This document shows positions 45,968-53,179 of a stretch of DNA of 56,801 nucleotides, piece after piece (the first letter of the stretch is position 1; the number at the start of each line of letters is the position of its first letter). The notes beneath the pieces were generated by a model. That model was given only the letters and a program-made list of their open reading frames with translations. It ran no database searches and was not told the DNA's origin. The translations under genes and the position numbers were made by a program. This DNA is from an uncultured Candidatus Saccharibacteria bacterium (lineage in GTDB: Bacteria > Patescibacteriota > CAZHWT01): assembly GCA_964554805.1 (NCBI GenBank), contig CAZKPX010000004.1:13638-70438 (forward strand). Reading direction: 5' to 3'.

Positions 45968-47352
45968 GGCTTCGCCGACCTTTTCTGAGCCTGAATCGCA
46001 GCTTGAATGTCGCCTACTATTGGGAGACGATTTTTTGCATGAATGTAATAGATAAGATCGTTAGGCGAGACATGCTTGGCAATAAAACGGGGCAGTTCGT
46101 CGACGGGTATAGAGTAATGTATGGGTTGAGGTGGTGATGCGACTGAAGATGACCGAGATGTGTCCGGTGTATCGATTCGAATTATAATATCTGTCTCATT
46201 TAAGGCCTTTTTAATAACCGATGGGGACAGGTGGCTATACTCATCTTGGCTGATTAACAGCCACAGCCTGGCATCTGTTTTTGGAAGCAAAAATTGTTGC
46301 CTAACTCGATTAATATGTAACTCTAGGTCGCTAGACCACGGCAGGATAGATTCAATAATGTGGATGTCTTGGACCGTGGCTTGCAATGTATCCCAGGTAA
46401 GAAGGCCATTGCTGTTGCCGATTTCGGTTAGAGCTTGCGACATATCCACTTCCAGAGCATGCGCGCAGGCTAGCGTAGCCATAACTGCCGCTACCCCCTG
46501 CTGGCCAATAAATTGACTGGTTAATAATTCCAATGGTTTGGCCTGGAAGTCTGCGCCAAAGGTACTGTTTTGGGTTGTATATTTAATCTTGGTAGCTCGC
46601 CAATCAGCGGCTGAGGTTTGGCCATAGGTGCTGTATTTGAGATTAACCTGTTTGACCAGACGGAGAGATTGTTTATCTTGATCATGGAGAATGACCTGCA
46701 CTGTCGAGGCTGACTGACTATCTGCCATGTGTTTTAGGAGATGCAGCAGGTCCTTGTAATATGTCGATGATAGCTTGCGCGATGGCTCGTGAGCCAGGAT
46801 CACTATGCTCGGACTGAGATATAGCCACTCAGCGGCAGCATCTAGGCAAGAAGCTGGTTGCCAATCGGTGTCGATGACAAGTGTTTTTTTGGCAGCATAA
46901 TGCACCGCAGAGGGGTGCGACCAATGGTTGGTTGTAGCTAGGACTTGATGCGAAATAATATCAGCCGAGTTTTTGGTAGATTGGAGACTGCTGGCTACCA
47001 ATGCTGCTGTGAGAGGCGAGCCTATGACGACAACCTGCTGCTGCTTGGCTGCTAACTGTTGAATGAGCTGAGCGACCGAAACTACCTCCAGTTTCAACTT
47101 CTGAGCTGTCCGTAATTCGGGATTTTGTTTGGCTATCTGAGGACCAACTACAATCAAGCTATCAGGGTTAATATGCTGAGACTGGTATCGACTGTAGCTA
47201 TGGATGCCTGCTTGGTTGAGCTGCTCGTCAAGTGGTGGGGGTAGCTGGTCAGCTGAGCCAGAGACGGCAAAACCGAGCTGCTTGGTCGCCACAGCTAAGC
47301 CTGCCATGATGGGTTGATCAAGGCCAAGAAAATAGAGATGCTGTTTGATCAT
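45964..47352 (-). CDS. Mpl/MurC-like Mur ligase paralogue lacking the P-loop and other catalytic motifs
   Basis: 462 aa. N-domain YFLGLDQPIMAGLAVATKQLGFAVSGSADQLPPPL parallels the adjacent active ligase. The P-loop position reads VVVIGSPLTAAL. ATGA overlap with the downstream MurA-like gene. Confidence 0.7.
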   Translation of the reverse strand: MIKQHLYFLGLDQPIMAGLAVATKQLGFAVSGSADQLPPPLDEQLNQAGIHSYSRYQSQHINPDSLIVVGPQIAKQNPELRTAQKLKLEVVSVAQLIQQLAAKQQQVVVIGSPLTAALVASSLQSTKNSADIISHQVLATTNHWSHPSAVHYAAKKTLVIDTDWQPASCLDAAAEWLYLSPSIVILAHEPSRKLSSTYYKDLLHLLKHMADSQSASTVQVILHDQDKQSLRLVKQVNLKYSTYGQTSAADWRATKIKYTTQNSTFGADFQAKPLELLTSQFIGQQGVAAVMATLACAHALEVDMSQALTEIGNSNGLLTWDTLQATVQDIHIIESILPWSSDLELHINRVRQQFLLPKTDARLWLLISQDEYSHLSPSVIKKALNETDIIIRIDTPDTSRSSSVASPPQPIHYSIPVDELPRFIAKHVSPNDLIYYIHAKNRLPIVGDIQAAIQAQKRSAKP

Positions 47353-47358
47353 ATGATC

Positions 47359-47367
47359 AGTATAGCA
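47359..47367 (-). promoter_or_regulatory. Extended -10 element (TGCTATACT) placing a predicted TSS on the ATG of the ligase paralogue (leaderless candidate)
   Basis: Minus strand reads GCTTGCTATACTGATCATATG. There are 6 nt between the -10 hexamer and the ATG at 47350-47352, and no SD is possible. Confidence 0.4.
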
Positions 47368-47472
47368 AGCTTGGGAGCCCGCTGTCTTCTGTCTTAGGTT
47401 TGACCTCTACTCGACTGCTGCATTGAGACTGGGAGGTTTGAGGCTGGAGCTGGAGTGATTAATGTTTAGTTC

Positions 47473-47788
47473 ACCGTCATTGCCACTCCGCCAGCTGGCG
47501 GAGTGGCAATCTAGCTATGACTGATATATTTTTCTCAAGTTACATTCGGCCAAAAGCCATTGTTTTTGTATGTCATTTTTTCACCTCAAATAAACATTTT
47601 TTACTAACCTTTGTGTCTATGGGTAGTATTGAATTTGCTTAGGGGCTCTCCCCGTCAAGCTAGGAGACCAGTATTTGAGGTGAAAGAAATGAATACAAGG
47701 GTTTTTATTTAAATGCAGAAGACAGTTGCAGCTACTTTGTATTTTTAACTTTAATCTTTGCCTTTTGACTTTTGATTTTTGCCTTTCC
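47473..47788 (+). repeat. Composite intergenic repeat unit, copy A (module M1, spacer, module M2)
   Basis: M1 (47473-47597) starts with a 32-nt perfect palindrome (47479-47510), followed by GGCAATCTAGCT...TTCGGCCAAAAGCCATTGTTTTTGTATGTCATTTTTTCAC.TCAAATAAACAT. M2 (47646-47788) runs CTCTCCCCGTCA.GCTAGGAGACCAGTATTTGA... and ends in the TTTGCC low-complexity tail. Matches 52862-53173 by eye along its full length. Confidence 0.85.
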
Positions 47789-47908
47789 AATACCTCATCA
47801 AGTTGACTAGATTGCCGCTCCGCTTGTTGGGGATGGCAATCTAGCTGTGTCTGATACTTTTTCTCAAGTTGCATTCGGCCAAAAGCCATTGTTTTTGTAT
47901 GTCATTTG
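47789..47908 (+). repeat. Second, partial M1 module (degenerate palindrome plus conserved 3' part)
   Basis: ATTGCCGCTCCGCTTGTTGGGGATGGCAATCTAGCTGTGTCTGATACTTTTTCTCAAGTTGCATTCGGCCAAAAGCCATTGTTTTTGTATGTCATTTG. Confidence 0.8.
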
Positions 47909-48016
47909 TTTCTTGCCACACTGGTGCAGCCAGCTCGGCTGGCGGATATTGAGACAGGAGACGCGAGACGGAAGACACGGGACAAAGCATGCCACATATC
48001 AACAGCTATGAATGCG

Positions 48017-49801
48017 CTACGGAGCCTGCTGCTGGGCGATGCCGTAGTGCTGGAAAATGTCCTTAGCCATGTCCATCCACATCGGTACAACTGTTTCTGC
48101 AGAGTTGTCGATGCGGGGTTTGTCGAGTTTGGCTAACATAATAAATCTTGGATTAACGGCTGGGGCAAACCCAACAAAGGTTGTAATAGTATTGTCCTGA
48201 TCATAACCGCCTTCGACAGCAATCTGAGAGGTGCTCGTTTTGCCAGCAATATCATAGCCTTGAAGAGCGAGGCGTCGAAATTCACCATTTTTGACGACCT
48301 GCTTGAGCATTTCTACAACTGTTTTAGTTGTTTGAGTGCTGTAAACCTGACTGATCTGCTCTGGCTGGACCGTGGTGATTTGGTCTCCTTGCTGCACGGA
48401 CTCGATGATAGTTGGTTTCATCTGCTTGCCTTGATTGGCGATGGTGGCCATCATTTGGAGAAGCTGTATGGGAGTTACTGAAATCCCCTGACCAAATGAG
48501 GCTGTAGCCAGCGTAACCGGCAACCAGTCTTTGGCAGGAGGGATATATCCTTGTGTTTCACCCTGAAGAGTGATGCCAGTCACTCGGTCAAACCCAACCC
48601 TATGGATGGCTTCTAGGAATTTGTCTCGACCTATTTTGAGGGCAAATTGAGCAGCGCCAGTATTATCCGAGGTTTCAAGCATGTGTGTGACGGTGCTATT
48701 GGGGCCTGAATATTTCTTATTAGCGGTTGTAATGGTGTGATCGCCAACTTTGTATGGGGCGCTCAGGTAGGTAGAATTAGGATTAAAGATGTTGCTATCT
48801 ATGCCGGTGGCTACGGTAAACGACTTTATGACACTGCCAGGCTCATAGGTATCAGAAATAATACTATTTTTAAACAATTTGGCATCATCTACTGCTGCAA
48901 TGTTAGACGGATCAAAGGTTGGATAGTTGGCCATTGCTAGTATCTTGCCAGTCTGAGGTTCCATCAAGATGAACGAGCCAGCCTCGGCAGAATTCTTTTC
49001 TACACCTGACTTGAGTTTTGCTTCCAGCAGATATTGTAATCCCCGATTGATGGTAAGCGTAATAGTTTTGCCATTGACAGCTGGGGTAGACGCGTAATTG
49101 CCGACTGGAATTGGATTGCCCTGTGGATCGCGGTCATAGACCGTTTTGCCGTCGCGTCCTCTTAGGTCATGATCAAAATACCCCTCAATTCCATAATATC
49201 CTTGATCCTGCCCTTGATCATTTTGACTGACAAAGCCCAAGATCTGGCTAGCTAATGAGCCTTCAGGATAGTAGCGCTTTTGTTCTGATTGAAAATCTAT
49301 GCCCTTTAACTGCTTGGCCTTTATTTGTTCAATTTTGACTGGATCAATTTTGCGGGCAATGGCCACCCATTTACGATCTTTTTGTTCAAGCTGTTGTTTT
49401 ATTGTGGCGACAGTGTATTTGGCAGGAGTCGGTATGGGGGTTGGAGAGTTGGGAGTCGTACTTGCGGCATCGGTTTGGCTCGAGTCGGCATTTAGAATGT
49501 CAGCGAGATCTGTGGCTGTTTGCTGGCTGTTTTCAATACGTTGAGGTTCAGCGTAAATAAGATAGGCAGGTTGAGTGCTGGCTAGCTCGAAGCCATCGGC
49601 CGATTTGATAGTGCCTCTGATAGCAGGGATTTCTCGACTGATACCATACTGCTGCTCGGCTTTGGCTAAGAACTGAGGGTGCATTACTACCTGGATATAG
49701 GCAAGTCGGACTAGCAAGGCCAAGCCTATGGCAGCAAATACGCCTAAGATAACAGCATAGCGGGTTTTGTTTGGATTATTGTTTGCTCTTGCCCTGGCCA
49801 T
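48017..49801 (-). CDS. ftsI: Class B penicillin-binding protein / transpeptidase FtsI
   Basis: 594 aa. N-terminal TM, SVIK (SxxK), SDN (SxN), and a third motif reading KTS instead of KTG. Confidence 0.9.
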   Translation of the reverse strand: MARARANNNPNKTRYAVILGVFAAIGLALLVRLAYIQVVMHPQFLAKAEQQYGISREIPAIRGTIKSADGFELASTQPAYLIYAEPQRIENSQQTATDLADILNADSSQTDAASTTPNSPTPIPTPAKYTVATIKQQLEQKDRKWVAIARKIDPVKIEQIKAKQLKGIDFQSEQKRYYPEGSLASQILGFVSQNDQGQDQGYYGIEGYFDHDLRGRDGKTVYDRDPQGNPIPVGNYASTPAVNGKTITLTINRGLQYLLEAKLKSGVEKNSAEAGSFILMEPQTGKILAMANYPTFDPSNIAAVDDAKLFKNSIISDTYEPGSVIKSFTVATGIDSNIFNPNSTYLSAPYKVGDHTITTANKKYSGPNSTVTHMLETSDNTGAAQFALKIGRDKFLEAIHRVGFDRVTGITLQGETQGYIPPAKDWLPVTLATASFGQGISVTPIQLLQMMATIANQGKQMKPTIIESVQQGDQITTVQPEQISQVYSTQTTKTVVEMLKQVVKNGEFRRLALQGYDIAGKTSTSQIAVEGGYDQDNTITTFVGFAPAVNPRFIMLAKLDKPRIDNSAETVVPMWMDMAKDIFQHYGIAQQQAP

Positions 49802-50133
49802 TATTTTTCGACCTCTGGGCTTGGAAGATACATCAGATTTTTGTGAAGCGGCTCCATTTTTAGCTCCTGAGTCGCCTGCTGATTAATGTATTGTAGCGAC
49901 TTATACCGAGAAACTTCCTTGGTTAATTGACTTACTTGGTCGGCTAATTGGGATTGTTGGGATAACAAGGCATTGGACTGGCTCCCGATAGCGACTTGAG
50001 TGTTAGTCAAAATTGTTTCGGCGATTAACAAAATTGCCACACCCATAGCCAAGCAAATATTCACTAGGCCTAGCTTGGAGGCTTGATTAGTCATCTTGGT
50101 AGAGCTTGAGCGGACTTGTCTTCCAATCGCCAT
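49801..50133 (-). CDS. ftsL: FtsL/DivIC-like small bitopic division protein
   Basis: 110 aa with one TM and then a coiled-coil-like segment. Sits between rsmH and ftsI with 1-nt overlaps on both sides. Confidence 0.65.
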   Translation of the reverse strand: MAIGRQVRSSSTKMTNQASKLGLVNICLAMGVAILLIAETILTNTQVAIGSQSNALLSQQSQLADQVSQLTKEVSRYKSLQYINQQATQELKMEPLHKNLMYLPSPEVEK

Positions 50134-51086
50134 TATGAAATACCTTTTTTGATTGCAAATCGAAGCTTAGCTGAGCGTGATCGTGGGTTGCGGTCGACTT
50201 CTGGCTGGCTGGCCATAATTGGCTTTTTGGTGACAACTTCTAGTTGGGAATGCTGCAGCATAAAATGCTTGACGATTCGATCTTCCAGAGAGTGAAAACT
50301 CATGACTGCCAAGACACCTTGATCGGCCAAGATTTCAGTAGCGGCCGGCAGGGCTTGCGATAAACTATCAAGTTCAGCATTAACTGCGAGACGTATAGCC
50401 TGAAAAACTCTGGTAGCGGGATGAATGGGGCCGCGCTTGTAGACCACTGGGCTTGCCTGATAAATAATCTGAGCCAGCTGTTTGGCAGAGGTTATTGGCT
50501 TGACTTGACGCTGCGAGTCAATGGCTTGAGCAAATCGGCGAGCATAACGTTCTTCGCCTAAGTTAGAAAAAATGTTTATCAAATCAGGAACTGACAGCTT
50601 GGCAATCAACTCTTCGGCCGTGACTCCGAACTGACCGTTCATTCTCATATCCAAGTTGTCAGAAGAAAAACTAAATCCACGCTCTAGGTCATCTAGTTGA
50701 TGCGAGGATACCCCCAAATCCATCAGTATGCCCATCACCGGTTGGTCGGTGGCAAGTTGAACTTGTTGTGCAATTTGATCAAAATTTGTGTGAATAAGTT
50801 TTAATTGACCTGACTGGCGATAGCTGTCTAAGCGGTGACCTGCGAAGTCAAGCGCTTGCTGATCCTGATCGATGCCAATAACCCTGGCTCCCAGTTGCAG
50901 CATGGCTTCGGTATGTCCGCCTCCACCAAGAGTAGCGTCAATGTAGGTTAAGCCAGCTTGAACGCGTAGACCTGCCATAATTTCATTTACCATAATAGGA
51001 GTGTGGTAGGTGGAAGCAAAGGGGTGGTGGGAGGTTGACGATTGAAGGTTGGTCGCAGAAGACATATTCCGTTTATTGTACCTCAT
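50133..51086 (-). CDS. rsmH: 16S rRNA (cytosine1402-N4)-methyltransferase RsmH
   Basis: 317 aa. HTPIMVNEI, DATLGGGGH, DLGVSSHQLD and SFHSLEDRIVK motifs. Confidence 0.95.
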   Translation of the reverse strand: MRYNKRNMSSATNLQSSTSHHPFASTYHTPIMVNEIMAGLRVQAGLTYIDATLGGGGHTEAMLQLGARVIGIDQDQQALDFAGHRLDSYRQSGQLKLIHTNFDQIAQQVQLATDQPVMGILMDLGVSSHQLDDLERGFSFSSDNLDMRMNGQFGVTAEELIAKLSVPDLINIFSNLGEERYARRFAQAIDSQRQVKPITSAKQLAQIIYQASPVVYKRGPIHPATRVFQAIRLAVNAELDSLSQALPAATEILADQGVLAVMSFHSLEDRIVKHFMLQHSQLEVVTKKPIMASQPEVDRNPRSRSAKLRFAIKKGIS

Positions 51087-51525
51087 TTTTATTGAATGAT
51101 TGTGTGGCTGCTAGCTTTTGAGCTATGACTGAACCCTGATCGGCTAATTGAGTTTGCATTGATTGCCAACGCTCCAGACTCCACACTTCTAACCATTGAC
51201 CTAGGCCAACAAAGACAACTTCCTGATCAAAGCCTGCATGCTCATATAATGGTGCGGGAATAATGCAGCGGCCTTGGCTATCGAGAGTAACCTGATGCGC
51301 CCCACCCATCAAGAATCGAGCGGATGCTCGGGTGTTTTGATCGAGAAATGAGCCTTGGCTGATTGGTTGAGTTATGTTCAGCCACATTTGCTGGTTAACG
51401 ACAATTAAGCAGCCTTCATAGCCACGGCTAATTATGAGAGAATCGCCCAATATTTGTCTAAATTTTTTTGGTATAGCTAGGCGATGCTTCTGCCCAAGCT
51501 TGTACTGTTCTTCGCCAACAAGCAT
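51073..51525 (-). CDS. mraZ: Transcriptional regulator MraZ
   Basis: 150 aa. Two SpoVT/AbrB-like halves (KHRLAIPKKFR and DSQGRCIIPAPL). First gene of dcw. Confidence 0.93.
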   Translation of the reverse strand: MLVGEEQYKLGQKHRLAIPKKFRQILGDSLIISRGYEGCLIVVNQQMWLNITQPISQGSFLDQNTRASARFLMGGAHQVTLDSQGRCIIPAPLYEHAGFDQEVVFVGLGQWLEVWSLERWQSMQTQLADQGSVIAQKLAATQSFNKNEVQ

Positions 51526-51602
51526 ACCGGTCTCCTAGTGTAATTTTCAAAAAGTGATGAAGAGGGTGGGGGCAGTGAATAAACTTTAAAATAGGAGGGG
51601 GT

Positions 51603-51635
51603 TTATAATCACCACTCTTCACCACTTGTCACCAT
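51603..51635 (-). promoter_or_regulatory. Candidate dcw promoter overlapped by three 10-nt-phased direct repeats (predicted MraZ operator)
   Basis: Minus strand reads AATGGTGACAAGTGGTGAAGAGTGGTGATTATAAA. TGGTGA occurs three times at exact 10-nt period (51609-51634). GTGACA -35 (51627-51632), 18-nt spacer, TATAAA -10 (51603-51608). About 75 nt upstream of the mraZ ATG. Confidence 0.55.
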
Positions 51636-51903
51636 TTTGCCTCGTTTTACGAAGAGTGTCAATACTTATTTAGCTCTCAAATTATCGGTCGCCTGATAAA
51701 GGTTCTCAGGAGGCCGAAGACGCACCTTTGACAATCATAAATGATTACGTATGTATCTGAGATCACCAAGCTCCACTTTGCGTTGTCATTATTTAACAGC
51801 GTTGAAATACTGCATGGGTGAGCAACGAGCACGACTGGCATATGACAAGCTGCGGCTGGCGGACACTAGACAGAAGACACCCGACAGAAGACAATAGACA
51901 TCT

Positions 51904-52554
51904 ATGGCTAAAACATACAGAGATCAGGTGGTGGTGTTGAAACGAATAGAATTTGGCGAAGCTGATGTTATTTTGGTTGTCTTTGGCAGAAAGCAAGGCA
52001 TTGTGTCAGCTATTGCTAAGGGCGCCAGACGCTTGAGATCTAGCAAAAGCGGCAATTTGGAATTGTTTACCCAAATTGATGCTCTGTTTAGTGAGGGCAG
52101 AAATTTGGATATTTTGAGCGAGGCGGTAGCGATTGACAGTTTTGAGTCGTGGCGAACTGAATTGGAATATATCTCTCTTGCTTATTACGCAACCGATATC
52201 ACGACTATGCTGCTAGCTGAGGGCGAGCAGTATACTTATATCTACGATAGATTAATTGAATTTTATGCCTGGCTCGGCAAAACACCCAGTGCTTCACTGT
52301 TGATACGCTGGTATGAGGTGCAGTTACTGCAGGCGTTGGGATTTTGGTCGAGCCAAGAATTGGATAGTCTGAGTATTAATGCTATCGCTTTATTGGATAG
52401 CTTTGCCAGTCGATCGGTTGACTCGCTGGTGAGCCTTAAGGGGTCGGAGGCGCTTGAAGCAGAGCTGGAGCGGTTGATGCGTCATCAGTTGGCTATCGTT
52501 TTGGACAGACAGCCGAAGTCGGAAAGGTTTGTTGATCAGGTACGGGAGTTGTAA
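51904..52554 (+). CDS. recO: DNA repair protein RecO
   Basis: 216 aa. N-terminal OB-fold signature VVVLKRIEFGEADVILVVFGRKQGIVSAIAKGARR. Confidence 0.88.
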   Translation: MAKTYRDQVVVLKRIEFGEADVILVVFGRKQGIVSAIAKGARRLRSSKSGNLELFTQIDALFSEGRNLDILSEAVAIDSFESWRTELEYISLAYYATDITTMLLAEGEQYTYIYDRLIEFYAWLGKTPSASLLIRWYEVQLLQALGFWSSQELDSLSINAIALLDSFASRSVDSLVSLKGSEALEAELERLMRHQLAIVLDRQPKSERFVDQVREL

Positions 52555-52570
52555 GCTAGCTTGGCTGGGG

Positions 52571-52790
52571 GAGGAGGGGTTGGAAGGGCAAAAGGCAAAG
52601 GCAAAAGGCAAAAATTAAGGTTAAAAATCAAAGATTACTGACAATCCTCTCCGTCATTGCCATCCCCCAGCTGGCAGATCCTCGCAATGACGAATACTGG
52701 CTAACTTGGCACTACTTGTAACCTTGGACTTTGATTTTTAACTTTAATTTTTGCCCTTTGCCTTTCGACCTTTGCCTTTCCAACCCCTCA
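52571..52790. repeat. Inverted repeat of about 220 nt (arms of about 60 nt of the low-complexity module) enclosing a CGTCATTGC...GCAATGACG palindrome
   Basis: Left arm GAGGAGGGGTTGGAAGGGCAAAAGGCAAAGGCAAAAGGCAAAAATTAAGGTTAAAAATCAAAG. Right arm CTTTGATTTTTAACTTTAATTTTTGCCCTTTGCCTTTCGACCTTTGCCTTTCCAACCCCTC. Lies between convergent recO and glyQS. Confidence 0.8.
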
Positions 52791-52861
52791 TCAAGCGAAC
52801 CAGATTGCCACGTCTCCGCCAGCTGGCGGATCCTCGCAAGGACCCAATACAAATACCCCCT

Positions 52862-53173
52862 CGTCATTGCCATCCCCCAGCTGGCAGAGCGGCAATCTAG
52901 CTGTGGCTGATACTTTTTCTCAAATTGCATTCGGCCAAAAGCCATTGTTTTTGTATGTCATTTTTTCACATCAAATAAACATGACTTACTTGTCTTTGTA
53001 AGTATGGACGAGGATTTTTTTGTTTTATTACTCTCCCCCGTCAGGCTAGGAGACCAGTATTTGATACGAAAGAAATGAATACAGGGTTTTAATTAAATGC
53101 AGAAGACAATTGCGATTACTTTGTATTTTTGCCTTTAATTTTTGCCTTTTGATTTTTGGTTTTTGCCTTTTGA
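52862..53173 (+). repeat. Composite intergenic repeat unit, copy B (M1, spacer, M2)
   Basis: Collinear with 47473-47788 in the same orientation. Ends 7 nt from the glyQS stop. Confidence 0.85.
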
Positions 53174-53179
53174 ATTAAC

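Noticed and set aside
47617-47889. ORFs 47617..47889 and 52712..52945 (both start MAFGRMQ.EKKYQ) as a conserved small-protein family.
   Set aside because: The shared N-terminus lies in repeat module M1. The third copy (47530-47560) has TAA at codon 7 of the same frame. The copies differ by frame-breaking indels and the downstream parts are unrelated. The conservation is at DNA level.
47902-48136. ORFs 47902..48090 and 47906..48136 at the ftsI 3' end.
   Set aside because: They overlap the ftsI C-terminus and the repeat-derived GAGACAGGAGAC region and are likely non-coding.
51793-51996. ORF 51793..51996 (67 aa, minus strand).
   Set aside because: It overlaps the recO start on the opposite strand and is made of the AGACAGAAGACA repeat region (hence the repeated CLLSSV peptide). 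This is a repeat artefact.
52571-53173. CRISPR array, suggested by the many short repeated units.
   Set aside because: There is no regular repeat-spacer periodicity. The repeats are low-complexity TTTGCC-type tracts and long composite units. No cas genes are present.
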